This document shows, in pieces, positions 36,512 through 51,480 of a stretch of DNA of 64,000 nucleotides. The stretch comes from Piromyces finnis finn. Taxonomy: Eukaryota; Fungi; Neocallimastigomycota. Under the pieces are notes generated by a model that had not been told where the DNA came from, did not search any database, and saw only the letters and a list, made by a program, of their open reading frames with translations. The translations under genes and the position numbers were made by a program. Numbering within the stretch: position 1 is the stretch's first letter; every line of letters starts with the position of its first letter. The stretch covers positions 1-64,000 of the forward strand of contig MCFH01000005.1 of the NCBI GenBank assembly GCA_002104945.1. The letters are read 5' to 3'.

Positions 36512-37264
36512 TTAATAAATATGCTTTTTTCTTTCAGAGAATTTGGTCATTGGTCTACCGGAACCAGAAAAACCAACCTTTCCATTATACTCTGTGGGTG
36601 TTTTAAATATACTAGAATTTCTTGAAATCTTTGAATTGCTTTTAGCAAATAAATTCCATGCCTTTTGCTTTTGTACCTGCTCTTGTTCTTTTTTACTAAT
36701 ATTAGCTTCCTTCTTCTTTTTTAACTTTTTCTTTTTTTCTGGATCAACAGCGTGAGGATTAGTTAATTCTGTTGATGGTGCAGCAATAATAGTAGAATAT
36801 GATCTCTTTTTATTATTAGAATCAGTTGATGGTGCTGGTGCAGTTTCTGCTTTTGAAATTATTTCTTTTATATCATTATCACTAACTATTTCTTCATTGC
36901 CATAACCATTGAATACAATTTGATATGAAGTTGGTGAAATTACATTTAATATAGTAGCTTCATAATATTGTTTATCTACAGACCATTTGGCCATAACTAC
37001 ACTTCCTTTTTCTAATTTTTTTTTGTTATGATTTTTGGTGTTTGTTTCTGATTGTGTATTAACATTTGAATGATGTTTACTACTACTTTCTGTACTTTGT
37101 TTTGAGTTTTCATTTGAAGATGCCTCTGTACTTGCTTTTAATAAATTAACAAGTTGTAATAAATCATCTCTTAATTTTTGTAATTCTGTATTTTCTGGAT
37201 CCTTTTCAATAGCTTCATTAACTTGATCTAATTGGAATTGGTAGGTTTCTAAATCCTCTGACAT
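36512..37264 (-). CDS. SPF30: Tudor-domain splicing factor SPF30/SMNDC1, single exon
   Basis: N-terminal LETYQFQLDQVNEAIEKDPENTELQKL, Tudor motif AKWSVDKQYYEATI...IVFNGYGNEE, C-terminal SIFKTP...GKVGFSGSGRPMT. Confidence 0.88.
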   Translation of the reverse strand: MSEDLETYQFQLDQVNEAIEKDPENTELQKLRDDLLQLVNLLKASTEASSNENSKQSTESSSKHHSNVNTQSETNTKNHNKKKLEKGSVVMAKWSVDKQYYEATILNVISPTSYQIVFNGYGNEEIVSDNDIKEIISKAETAPAPSTDSNNKKRSYSTIIAAPSTELTNPHAVDPEKKKKLKKKKEANISKKEQEQVQKQKAWNLFAKSNSKISRNSSIFKTPTEYNGKVGFSGSGRPMTKFSERKKHIY

Positions 37265-38379
37265 TTTTATATTATTTTATTATTATTATTATTGTTTTTA
37301 ATTTTTATTAATAAAGGTTTTAATAATATTATTATTTTTAAAATAAAGTGAAATTTTTATACTTGTTTTATATTTATTTAATAGTATTTTAAATTTCTAA
37401 TAATTAAATAAAAAATATTTAAATTAAAATTAATGTTGAAAAATATTACTTTTTTTTTAGATTAATTAAATTAAATGTATATTTTAACAATATTATGATG
37501 TTTTAATAAATAAATGATAAATTGCCTTTATTATTTTTTTTAGAAAAAGACGAATGATAATTATATATAATTTTTATTAATAACGATTAATGTTTGTTGT
37601 TAAAATTATTGTTTGATTGTAAAAGAATCCCAACTATAAAATTAAAATTAAAATTAAAATTAATATGAAAAAAAAATTTTAAAATAATTAATTTTTTTTT
37701 ATTTCATTTTTTTCAATATACACAAAGAAAGAATAAAAAATGTATGATATATTTAAAATTCAATACATTATACATTAAAAATGGAATATGATTGGTAAGT
37801 ATAATTCATTAATTCTTAATTTATTTTCATAATCTAACGTTTGGTTGAAATTTATAAAATAACATTAAAGAAAGGAATAGAGAATATATACTATACTAAA
37901 TCTAAATGGTGATACTATAAGATTATTACTTTAAAACCTTTTAAATTACAAAGAATAATAAAAATATGATAAAGAAAAAAAATTTTGAATATATAGTAAA
38001 TATAAATAATATAAATATTTTATTTTATTTTAATATTACAATACAATATTATTATATATAAGTAATTCGACAATTTTACTAAAGTTATAAACATTCCTAT
38101 AGAATAAAATTAACAATAAAGGATATTGAAGTTGCATTATATATTTGTATATATATTTTAAGAAAAATCCAATTAAACTATATGTACCATTTTACCATTT
38201 TTATGATTTTAAATGATACATCTTCTTTTTCTTTTTTTTTTTAGTTTTCTATTAATTAATAGAAAAATTCATAATGAGATATATCATTATTGTAATATTT
38301 TAATATTAATTTTAAATTTATTTTTATTAAATATTGCTTTAAAAAATGTTTTGTTTTTATTTTAAAATATAAAAATAAC

Positions 38380-38506
<127 letters not shown>

Positions 38507-41006
38507 CATCTCTAAGAATTAAATTTTTAATGCATCAAAAATGTAATCAAATATGTTTGAATTATTAAATATAAAATAATCCTTTAAAATACATTTAGCT
38601 CTATAACTGTATAAAAATATAAATAACTAGTATATAAAGCTAGTTAAAATATATTTTTATGAAATATAGTTCAAATTACATAAAAATTGATTGTGTAACA
38701 TGTAATCCATTTTATAAATATATATTGTAATTAATATATTAAATTAAAAATTCTATTATATATATTATATATATGAAATTATAATAAACTTATAAACAAA
38801 ATGAATCGCTAATACTTAAAATTTTATTAAATAAGCTTTTTGTAAAATTATAATTAATTTATTTTTAATCAACCTTAAACTTTTCATTATTATATAGTAC
38901 AAAACTAAAATAGTGAATTTTATATTATCAAACACTTTTAAAGAGAAAAAAAAAGTAAATGAATTAACATTCTTTATATAATAGAAATAAATAATATTAA
39001 TAATATTTTAATATGCACATATGAGATTTCATTAATAAATAAGTTATTCATAATAGAATATATAGCAAAAAAAGATTAAAATATTATGAATTTTGTTTTT
39101 TAAATTATTGTTTTAAATTATTAAAAAAATATTGATCGTCCAGTTGTTCAGAAGTAATGTTTCACAATATTATTAACCAAAAGGAATATAAATTTGTGAT
39201 ATTATAGTTTCATTAATTATTTATCAATATTTATAAAGCTAATACTTTTGTATATTGAAATATTTTATTATTAATAATAAAGAAATTAAAGTAAAAATAT
39301 TATATTTTATTATATATTAATCTCTAAATTTATAATATTTATACCTAACTATTTAAATGAGACAATATTTGATAATTACTATATTTTAAATTTTACATTT
39401 TCCAGTGTAAATTAAAATGAATAGTTTATAATATTCCAATATATATAAATTGAATATTTATTAAATATCTAAAAAAAGAATTTATCATGTTACACAAATC
39501 AAACTATTTGGAAATGGTTATTATTTAAATTATTTATATATTTCGTTTCAATTAAAAAAGAGAACCTTATTTAATATAATAATATTGGTATAGTAAACTT
39601 AATATAAGTCAATTTTAAATATAATTAATAGTGAATCAATATTGAAAGAATATTAGATATAATTAAAGTTAATTTAAATAATATATAATATATTTAAAAT
39701 AAACTAATAAAATACTTATTCAAGTCTTAAATATATTAAAAGAATGTTTATATTTAATGCTATTATAATTTAATTTGAAATTCTGTATTAATATAAAATA
39801 AAATTAATATTGTATTCAATATTAATTAATTTTGTATAATGTATTGATTATTAATAAATACTTTAATATATTCTATATATTAATAATGTCCTATATTGTA
39901 TAGTTACATATATAAATAATAGATTGATAGAATTACAAAATAATTATTTATATTAAAAAATATATATCAATATATTTAAAATATATTGATAAAGATATTA
40001 ATATATTTCTTATTAAAAAAATAAAATTAATAAAATTTCCTCGTTTTTTTTCATAATTTATAAATTAATGTTATAATAATATATGTAAAACTTTTTCTAT
40101 TCTTTTTTTATTAACTTTTAATAATAAATAAACTTTTAATAGAAGAATTACGTTTTAAATATTTATTATATATATTTATATTTTTTTTATTTATATTTTT
40201 TTTATCTATTATTTATTTATAAACAGATACCTTTTTAAAATTATTGAGAATTATAATCTTTAAATATTTTCAATAATTATTCAATGAAAATTGAAAAAAA
40301 AGGAAAATAATAATAAAAACTATATATTTCTCATTGAATAATTCAAAGAAAATATTAATTAAAAAGTAAATAAAACTGATTTTAATTTATTAATAATTAT
40401 CATATAATAAAATTTTAGAAAAATCAAATCAAATAGAAAATTAAATCAAATAAAATAATATGTTAAAACAACAACAAGAAAAAACATGAAGTTTTTTTTT
40501 TTTTTTTTTTTTTTTTTGAAATAAAAAAAAGTTGAAAATTTATAATTGCTGTTATTTAAAATAAAAAATATTTATTATCGAAAGAATGAAATTAAATAAA
40601 AATCTAATAAATATAATGTTTTTAATAAAAATCAACAATTATTATACAAAATAATATATAACAGTATATAACTCTCAAATTAATAATAATATATAATTTT
40701 CAAAATTTTAACAATAATATATATAATTTTTTACAAATTCTTTTTTTATTAGAATAAAAATGTTGTTAAAATACAAAATATATATAAATAATATTTTTTC
40801 ATTTTTATCTAACAACTTATAAAATCTTTTTATTCTATTATATTGAAATGATAGATACTATAAAAAGCGATATTTATAATTAGGTTCTTTTCAATAAAAT
40901 ATTAATTAGGAGTAAGTCATTATTAAGTTTTAGTAAATATATTGATTATTTTATTTAATATTGATTTATACAAATATTAATTTATAAAATAATATATTTA
41001 TAGAAA

Positions 41007-42479
41007 ATGAATGAATTAGGTATGTCTCAAAAGTGTTTGATAACATATTCATATATAAAAAAATAAAAAATGATAGCAATGATAAAAGCAAGCATATTAT
41101 TTATTGTTAAAGTTTCAATAATAAATCAATAATGAATATTTTATTAAACTTATATATATATAGATGCTCTTTTAAAGGAATTAAATGATCCAAGATCATC
41201 TTATTTCCCACGTAATCCAACCCCATCTACCCTTATTAACAACCCACAAGCTATTAATGAATATAATCAAAATATGGGAGGATCACCAATGTTTAACAAT
41301 ATGAGATACACTCAACAAGAACCTTCACCAGATCAATCTCCTTTAAAAGCACCAATTAAACCAAATATTAATCAATATCAACAACAACAAATGATGTCAC
41401 CAAGTCTTAGAAATCAACAACCATCAGGTATATAATATAATAATATATAATATATTATAACTAGAAACAAACTATTAATAAATATGATTAAATTTAAAAT
41501 AAAAGGAATGAAATTGCAACAAAATAATATGCCAAATATACCATATTCACCAAAAACAAATGTAAATAAATTAAACAGTCCAAATTTGAATTTTTTAAGT
41601 AGTCCAAACATAAATAAAAAATTAGAGGAAGAAAAAATTCAAAATAAGAGTCATAGTACTCCTAATTTATCTTCACCAGAAATGTCACCATTACCATATA
41701 ATAAACCAACAAATTCTACTCCAAGTTCAGGACAAAAGCAATCTAGAAAAATTGTTTGTGCTACTTGTAAAGGTCCAATTAAAGGTAAAGTTGTTTCATG
41801 TCTTGGTAAAACATGGCATCCAGAACATTTCATTTGTCAAGCTGGATGCAAGAAATTATTAGATCCAAACAGATTCTTTGAAAAAAATCATTTACCATGT
41901 TGTGAAAATTGTCATCGTGATTCATTTGTACCAAGATGTGCTTATTGTGGTGATGTCATCAATGAAAAATGTATTACTGCATTAGGTACTACCTGGCATA
42001 CAGACCATTTCTTCTGTTGTCAATGTGCTGTTCAATTCCCAGCTGGTAGTGGCTTCTTAGAAAAGGATGGTAAAGCTTATTGTGAAAGAGATTATTATCG
42101 TTTATTTGCTACTCGTTGTGGTAAATGCGGAGAAATTATTGTTGGTGAATATATTTCCGCTTTAGGAAAGGAATGGCATAATAAATGTTTCACTTGTAAG
42201 GAATGTGGTTGTTCTTTCCCAACAGAAAGTTTTTATGAATTTAAAGGTATGCCATATTGTGAAACTCATTATCACTTAAAGCGTGGTTCATTATGTTCAC
42301 GTTGTAATAAACCAATTGTTGGACGTTGTATTTCAGCATCTGGAAAGAAGTACCATCCAGATCACTTTACTTGTGTTAAATGTAATAAACTATTAGCAAC
42401 TGGAAATGTTGACGATGAATATAAAGAAGTTAATGGACATCCATTCTGTGGAAATTGTGCTTCAAGAATAAGATTCTAG
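41007..42479 (+). CDS. PXL1: Paxillin-like protein (N-terminal LD motif, four LIM domains), 3 exons
   Basis: A 13-nt first exon (41007-41019) joined to exon 2 gives MNELDALLKEL (LD motif). Four CxxC...H..HF.C LIM domains follow in the last exon. Confidence 0.85.
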
Positions 42480-43800
42480 GATTATTAGTTTTTTTTTTCA
42501 TATTAACTACTATTTCATATCATTGATAAAATAATTATTCTGATATAAGTTAATATATATAAATATAAATATTAAAAAATTTTATTAAATTTATTTTTCT
42601 ATAAGAAATAAATGATAAGGAACAAGAAAAGGAATAAAAATTTATTCAAAATGAATAAAATTCGTATCTTTAATTTTCTACCAGAAAAAAAATTAAAGAA
42701 ATTATAAATAATGAAAGTAATTCAAAGAAAGGAAAAAGAGGAATTGAATTTAACTTATTTTTTTCTATTATTATTACTTTTCATTGATAAAATCAAAAAA
42801 AAAAAAAAAAAAAAAAAAAAAGAAAAAAACATGCAGCAATAAAAAATCTTAGTATTATTTTTCAAGAAATGATATATTTATGTTTTAATATCAAACAATA
42901 ATAAATTATGAAAAAATAAGCAATAAATCTATCGTTTTAGCAACACTAAATATTAAAAAATATTATAAGGAAAAACAAATATAAATATCTATATTTAACA
43001 GTATAACTATCAGAGAAAACAACTAAATATTAAATTAAGAAGCAAAAATAAAAACAATACTAAATTGAATATAAAGAATATAAATAATAGATAAGACAAT
43101 TATTTTTTATAAATTTTTATAATTCATATACAATACAATACAGAAAATAATAAATAATAGAAAAGGTTTTATATTTATAAACTATTAATATATATATTTT
43201 TCTTTATTCAATCTATGTATAATATTAACACAAAAAAAAAAAAAAAAAAAAAAAATTAGAAATTAACTACTATTTCATTATAGAATTAAAAAAAAAATAT
43301 TTTTTTTTTTATTTGATTTAGATTATTTATTATATTTCATTAAAAAATAATCTATTATCAAAAGTAAATAAATAAATAAAGAAATTTTTTTAAAAAAAAA
43401 TAATTAAAAAATAAAATTTTGATTAATATATATATATATTTTTTTTTGAAACAAAAAAAAAAAATTATCTTTGGAAAAAAGTCGTTGTATCACTTTAAAT
43501 ATATTCTATATTTTATTATTATTTATATATATTACTATAATGTTGTATATTGTGTATTAAATACTTTAAAAAATATACATATTATATACATATTATTATG
43601 AGTATTATAATACTTAATACAATTAATAAAAAAAAAAAAAGGAAAATTAACAAAAGTCTAATATATGTATATTGTAAAAAAAAATAAATATTCAATTTAA
43701 TATAATAATAAAATTATAAAATTATATTAATATTTATACCACTATATAAAATTGTATATTAAGACGAGAAATAACGATAATAAAAATAAACTGATGTTAC

Positions 43801-45761
43801 TTAATAACATCTACCATATAATGGTTGACATCCACTACCACAGTGTGAACTACTATTACTACACCAACCATATCTACTACAACATTCATTATTCCTACAT
43901 TTACCATAACTTGAACCACATCTATTGGAAGAGGAATAAGGGATAGAAGTAGTAATTACTTTCTTTGTAGTTGATTTTTTTGTGGTTGTTTTTTTAGTAG
44001 TTGATTTTTTTGTGGTGGTAGACTTTTTCAAAGTAGTAAAATATTTACATATACCATATTTAGTTTGACATCCTTTATCTACATCACAGTGATCATTACT
44101 TGTACTACACCAACCATATTTGCTACAACATTTACCACTAGGACATTTTCCATAGCTTGAACCACATCTATCATTAGTAGAAGTTTTGATGGTAGGATTA
44201 TTATTGTTAGTAGTAGTGGTAGTACTACCACTTCCACTGCTACTACCGCTTTTTTTAGCTTGATAAGCAGCAATTTTTTCACTTAAGAAACGAGAATCAA
44301 TTTTATCATAAGCGATATTTTTTGGATCATTATTTCTATAGATGGTAAAACTATCAAAAACAGAAGTACTTGAATTAATTCTTTTGAATTCACAATAAGA
44401 TTTTTTATTGTTACCACCAACATTGAATTTACAGAATAAACCTCCATATTTTTTTGCATTTTCTCCATTACTTCCTCTAGCATACTTTTTTATCCAATGT
44501 GAAAAGTTTTTATGCTTACCAGCTTCATCATATACTTCCCAACCACCAACAGCGTCTAAAATGTTAAGGGTAGCACCTTTACGAATTTGGACAATATTAC
44601 TTGGGGAATCATAGTCATAAGTGTCAATAACAGGTTTACTGAATTTGGACATAACATGTGTTCTAGCATATACATGATCATGTGCACTGAAAATTATTGC
44701 TCCTTGATTTTTACAATAGTCATAGAAATTTTCACCATCACCAGATACATAGTTTTTATTTTTTTGATATTTACCTGTATGATAATAATCATCATAATAA
44801 TGCCAAGCACAAATTTTCCAATCTTCTGAACTTTCAGATAAATATTTTTTTAAAAAGGCAAGTTGAGAACTTCTACTTTCTTCTTTACTAATACTAGGTG
44901 ATAAACCAACAATTCTCTATATGAATTCACAAATTATTAGAAATAAATAATAAATAATATATTATGAGTATCATATATTAATATTTTTCATATTGATGAA
45001 AAAGAATATAAATTAAAAAATATGAAATTGTTTATGCTAAAAAATAAGAATGTTGATGTTTCTATCTATTATAAATGAAAATAAAAAATTTTACTTACAA
45101 CATTATTATAAACACAAGACCACATAGTTTTATATTTTGAAAATACACATGATGTACCAGTGTTTTTTTTCATTTGATAATTGATATTACTAACATATCG
45201 ATGATATTTACTTTCCCCACATTCACCAGCATCTTCATGGTTACCTAAAATACCAAAAAATTTATATTTACGATTGCTACCTAAAATTTTTGTAAAATAA
45301 CTGTCAGGTTCACATTTGTAGTCATAGTCACCAAGATGTAATAGAGCATCAAAACTAGCCAAATTCATAACTTGTGAAGCTTCTTTTGTATAACCACTTT
45401 ATAAAATAATTTTAAAATAATATATGATATATACATTAATGAATAAAATGCCTTTTATTTTTTTTTTAAAAAAAAAAGAAAAATAATAATTGATCCTAAT
45501 ATTTATATTTCTTCTTCTTATTATTATTATTAACTAGAAATTATAATTAACTATTTTCATTTTATATTTATTATTATTAACAATAATTTCATCATTCTCA
45601 ATTACAACTTACGTATCACCAATAATCGCCATGGTAAATTCTTTTGCTCCATATTTAAAATTGTTTAATTCACTTTCAGAAATTTTTACACCCCGAGCAT
45701 TAGGTAATTGATTAATTGCAATTACTAGTAAATTAATAATGAAATTTCTATTGAACTTCAT
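43801..45761 (-). CDS. Secreted calcineurin-like metallophosphoesterase with two C-terminal CBM18 (hevein-type chitin-binding) modules, 3 exons
   Basis: Leader MKFNRNFIINLLVIAI. Motifs IIGDT|GY, LHLGDYDY, ILGNHE, ICAWH and SAHDHVY are followed by a Ser/Thr linker, RCGSSYGKC...CCSKYGWC, a Thr/Lys linker and a second RCG...CCSRYGWC...GCQPLYGRC. Confidence 0.85.
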
Positions 45762-48219
45762 TTTTAATTATTTGTAAATTCTATATTTTTCAGATAATTA
45801 ATATAAACAATAACAAAATTTATTCACAAATAAAGATAGGTATATATACAATGTGTTATTATTTTTTAATTTTATTATTATAAATTCCAAATAATAATAA
45901 AATAATAAAAAGTTTAAAAATTCAAATATTTTTTCACCTTTATAAATGTCTCAAAATCTAAAACTATTTATTAATCCTTTTTTTTTTTTATTATTATATA
46001 TATTTAATTAAACTAATTTATTAGCTAATATATTATAATAATCTAAGAATTAAATGAAAAAAAAAACATTTTTAAAATGTTATAATAATATATGTTAAAT
46101 GTTATTTAATAATTTTCGTTTTATTTTTGAAATTATTAAAATGATATTATTGGTTTATTTGTTGCCGTAAATTAACTTTTATATTTAATATTACCAAAAA
46201 AGCACAAAAAACTCAAACATTATTTTGTCATACAATGTATACATAATATATGTTTTATAATGATTTTATTATGAATAAAGTTATGTAATATTAGCCAATA
46301 AAGTTTCATTTTCTAAATTAAAAAAAATAATTATTTTAAATTTATTTTTAATCTTTTATTTTTTTCGGAAATTCATTCTACATTTAAACGAACTATTTTT
46401 GTATTATTTCTACTATTTAAACTATAATTATTCTTATTTTTATGGAATATACCATTTAGAATACAAATAAGTAAAACGAAAATAGTATGAAAATCTCTAT
46501 TTATTTAATAAATAATATAAAGTTAAATTTTCAATAATTCAATACAAATGATTAAACTTATAATAATATAATGAATCCTAAGAACATAAATTATCTATTA
46601 TCCTTTTAATGAGAAAATATAACAATAATAAAGTATTAGATAAACTATACAATTAAATTCAATGTTTTAATATAATTATATATATTAGAATATAGCGAAT
46701 ATTTTAAACAATAATAAACCTTTTCTACTATATGTATCAATAGAAACGTAACATTTTTATCATACTTTTCACAAATCTAGAGAATTTATAATTTTATATT
46801 TTAATTGAAAAATTTTAAATTATGCAAAAAAAAAAGATAATAAAATAACATGTAAATATGTATTTCAATGATTTAAAAATATCATTAGTTCAACACAATA
46901 TGCGAATATAAGAATAATAATAATAATTATTATTATATATCTTATGAATTGAATTTAATTACATAATTATTAACAATAATTTATCTAAAATTTAATTATG
47001 TATAAATTTGAATTGAAAGCTAAAAAGTTGATGTAAATAGTATTAATATGCCAAGATGATTTTTATTTTATTTAAAGTATACAAATTATTATTATTTATT
47101 CATATTGATAATGAAAAGTATTCCAAAAAAAAAAAAAAGTTCTTATTCTTCTTTTTTAAATTTTTATTAATTTTTTAAAATTTAACTAGTTTTGTTACAC
47201 AAATTAAATCTAGAAAAAAAAAAAAGGATATTATACAATTTATTTAGATTCATAAAGCATTATATTATATTGATATTATAAGAAGATCCTATATTTTCTA
47301 ATTACTATAACCTACCTATATATGTTTATTTATAACTCATAAATATTCTTATTCTTATATTTTCATTATTTATTTGAGCAAAAATTAATTTAATTCAATT
47401 CAAAAAAAAAGTCTAAAGGTATTTATAATTAAAACACATGATATAAAAATATGATTCACATGATCTAATAGTAGGGTTAGAATATATTAGAATTTATTTA
47501 CTAATAATAATATAATTATACATTTTTATATCATTCTATATTTATTATTCATTATAAACTTTATTTATTAATATTATTTTTTTGTGATTGATAATGAGAA
47601 AAATGATGAAAAAGAAATTATTGGCTAATTTTTATGTAATTTAAAAAATAGTTTTTATCATCAAAAAATTTAAATAAATAAATTTTTTAAAATTTAAAAG
47701 TGTAGTAAATAATAAATAAATAAATAAATAAATAAATAAAAACAACATATATGATATATATAATAAATATATAATTAAATCATTATTGTTATTATTATAT
47801 TTTCTTTTTCTTTTTTATTTTATAAGTTGAAATTTAAAAGAAATAATAATAATAGTAATAGTATAAATTAAATAATATTTAGAAAAATAATAAATTATAT
47901 TAGATTTGTCAAAATATTCAACATTTTTTCATTTGGATAATTTAATTGTAAGATCTTTAATATACAAAAATAATAAAACGTTTTAAATTTTTATTATAAA
48001 TTTATTTAATTACCAAAATATTATTTATATTAAAATTAAAAATATCATTTATATTAGTATTAACAAGGTGTTTTCTTTCTTTCTTTTTTTTTTCTTTTTT
48101 ACTAATTAATTAATTAATAATTATTATCACAATTTTTTTTTTAAATTCAACATAATTAATTGTTTATTATTTTCATATTCATCATACTAAAAAGGCATAT
48201 ACATAATAAGCGAAATAAG

Positions 48220-50824
48220 ATGGATAAAAAAGAAGTTCAACCAAAACCAATTAGTAAAAAGCCATTGAATTTTAATGTCTTAACCGTTGGTTATCCAGTA
48301 TTTTCATTGGCTTTTACTACAAAACATAGACTATTTATTGGTGGTGGTGGTGGTGTAAATCGTTCAGGGGTTAAAAATGTTATTGTAAGTTTCTTATCCA
48401 AATTTATATTATATTTAAATTTTTAGTATTTCATTTGTTAAAATAAATGAATGAGTAAATAAGTAATATTAAAAATGTTGGAAATAAATGGTATAAAAAA
48501 ATATTATTGAAACAAAAACAAATAGTATAAATAAAAATTTATGAGTATGAAAATAAAATATAAATTATAATGCTAACATATTAAAGTTTTCATAAATTGT
48601 TTTAAGAAGAATATCATAAAAATTTTAATTATTTAAATATTTTTCTTTTCCTTTTTAATAAATATATATTAAAATATGTAATAAATAAAAGTCACTTTAC
48701 GTGTTAAACCAAAGAACTTTAGAAGTTGTTCAAGCTATGGAACATATTCTACCTCAAGATGAAGATTCAGTAATGAGTATGTGCCTTCACCCAAAGGTAA
48801 ATTTCTAATATATATTTATTTTATGTTATGATCTAACAAAAAAAAAAAAAAAAAATTATATAATTAATATAATTTTAATTTATATAACTATAAATAGTCG
48901 AAATTTATTATTTGTGGTAAAAATGGAACAAATGAAGAAATATTAAATGGTGAAAATAAAAGTTTAAAGGTATATAGATTGGCTAGAACAAAGTAAGTAT
49001 AAAATTAATTTTTGTTTTAGTTAATGTTTATAATTGTTATTATCATATTATCATTATCATAAATATTTTAATAAAAACATTAAGTAAAATCTCATTTTAC
49101 TAACTGCTTATTTAATATATAATGAAATTATTTTAAAATATATAGTAGCGATGTTATGTCTGTTTGTAGCTCTGATAGTATGGATACATATAATCATAGC
49201 TCTTTAAGTTCATCATTTAATTCTTTACCATCTGCTGACAAGAATGATTATAGATTAGATTTCATTAGAGCAGCACGTGCTAGTGAAAGTAAAAATGTTT
49301 CAGAATATCAAGTAAGTGTTTCTATAATAGAAATATCTATTAATTATGATGCCTTCATAATTAGAAAATTAACATTTATTTATAATGTTATTTATATATA
49401 CCTTTTAAAATAGAAAATCACTGAATTTGACCATGAAGGTAGACATATTTTAACTGGTACTACAGACGGAACAGTAAGCTAATTCTTATTTTAGAAAATT
49501 TCTATTTAATTATAAATTATAGTTAATAATTAAGAAATGTTTTTTATTATTTAATAGTTTACTTTATTTGATTCTTCATTAAGAACAATCTTTACTAAAA
49601 CTTATAAAAATGATATCACTGATGCTCATTTTGATACCAAAGATGAAAAGGTTAACACATATAATTAATTTTTACATGTTTATATATATTAGTAATTAAT
49701 GAAACTAATTATTTCGAAAAAAATATTTATTCCTATTTCAATAGATTGTTGTTACCACTACAAAGAATGTTTATATATTAGATGTTATGGATGGTAGTTT
49801 AATTTGTGAAATTAATAACAAATCATTACCGGTTAGCGAAACCAGTAACTTTAGAGCTGCTAAGTAAGTGATTTTTTTTTATATAAAATGAAATAAAAAT
49901 TTAATCATGTTTTTTAATAGTTATACTTTTTTATATATAAATAATAAAGATTTGGATGTGGTTCTTCTGAAGGAATTTTATTTGTTATAGCAAATAGTTT
50001 AAAGAGAAATAAGACTTTTGTCTGTAAATACAATACAAAAAATTGGAAATTAATATCATGTAAGCAAGTACACAATAAACCAATTACTGCCTTTACTATA
50101 AGGTATTATTCACATATTAGTATTCATTAATAATAAAAATAAGAATAATATATTAAAATCACTATTATTGTTATTATAGTCCAAATGGTAAACTTTTAGG
50201 TTATGGTAGTGCTGATTTGAGCCTTGGTATACTAAGTACTGATAAATTAAAAACTCTTTCAAGAATAAAGGATGCTCATGGTCTTCCATGCACATGCATT
50301 CAATTTACTAGAGATTCAACTGTTATTGTTAGTGGTTCTGCTGATGGTACTTGTCGTATATCAAGAGTTGAAAAATATGATACAGGTAATATAATAATAT
50401 ATTATTATTGATATTATTATTGATTTTTAATATGGATATCAATTTAAGATACTTGATTTTAAACTTTTCTTATTTATATATTTAATATTAATTGTAATTA
50501 TGTAACTATACATGATTAGGTTCATCATTCTTAACATTCATTATTTTTGGTATGATTATAGCAGTTATTGCTGCATTATATTCACAATATACCGATGAAA
50601 TCTTAACACAAGTAGATAAATATTCAGGAATACTAAATGATTATTCTTATAAATACACTGGTAAATATTTACTTAATAATAAAAAATATGATAATTATGA
50701 TGAAGAATTATTCCCAGATGATGTCATTGAAAATATGGATAATTTAGAAAACAATGAATTATTTGAAGAAAATGATAATGCAAATATCCAAGAGATTGAA
50801 GAATTATTTACAGAATATCTTTAA
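48220..50824 (+). CDS. SEC12: SEC12/PREB-like WD40 Sar1 guanine-nucleotide exchange factor, 10 exons
   Basis: GYPVFS...IGGGGGVNRSGVKN, WD repeats (SPNGKLLGYGSAD, AHGLPCTCIQF...SGSADGTC), C-terminal TM helix and acidic tail. All GT-AG junctions are in frame. Confidence 0.85.
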
Positions 50825-51442
50825 TTATAAAATTAAAACTTTTTAATCTGTAAAATAATATCTTTTTTATATCACATTTCGTATATATTATTTTTTATTA
50901 CCCAATCTTAAAACTTAATTCAATTTATTCCATCACATTATTTTACCAGCTACTACAAAATGATAATCACTTTATTTTGTATTTTATTTTCTCTTTTATT
51001 TTCAATTTAATCAATGAAAATATATATAAATAAACACAAGCTAATCAACAAGACAATATTTTTTTTCGTTTCCTTTATTTTTATATATCTTCAAATAAAA
51101 TTATTTTAAATTAGAATTCTTATATAAAAATATAGAATGAAATGAAAATATATTGAAAAAAAAAAAAACATATAATTCAGATAATCGAAAGTATTTTATA
51201 TATAATATAGGTTAAACATTTAATTGTAATTTAGATATTACAGAATCAATAATAAACACTTATTTAATAAAATAATTTAGAAAGAGAAAGATCAAAACAT
51301 CTTTTTTTTTTTTTTTTAATATTTTCTATTTTATTTTATTAAATATCATGAAAGAATCTTTTAATTATAATTCTTTACGATACAAATATTTATATTTAAA
51401 TATATTTTCATTTAATTTTATTATGAATTATAATAAAAGAAT

Positions 51443-51480
<38 letters not shown>

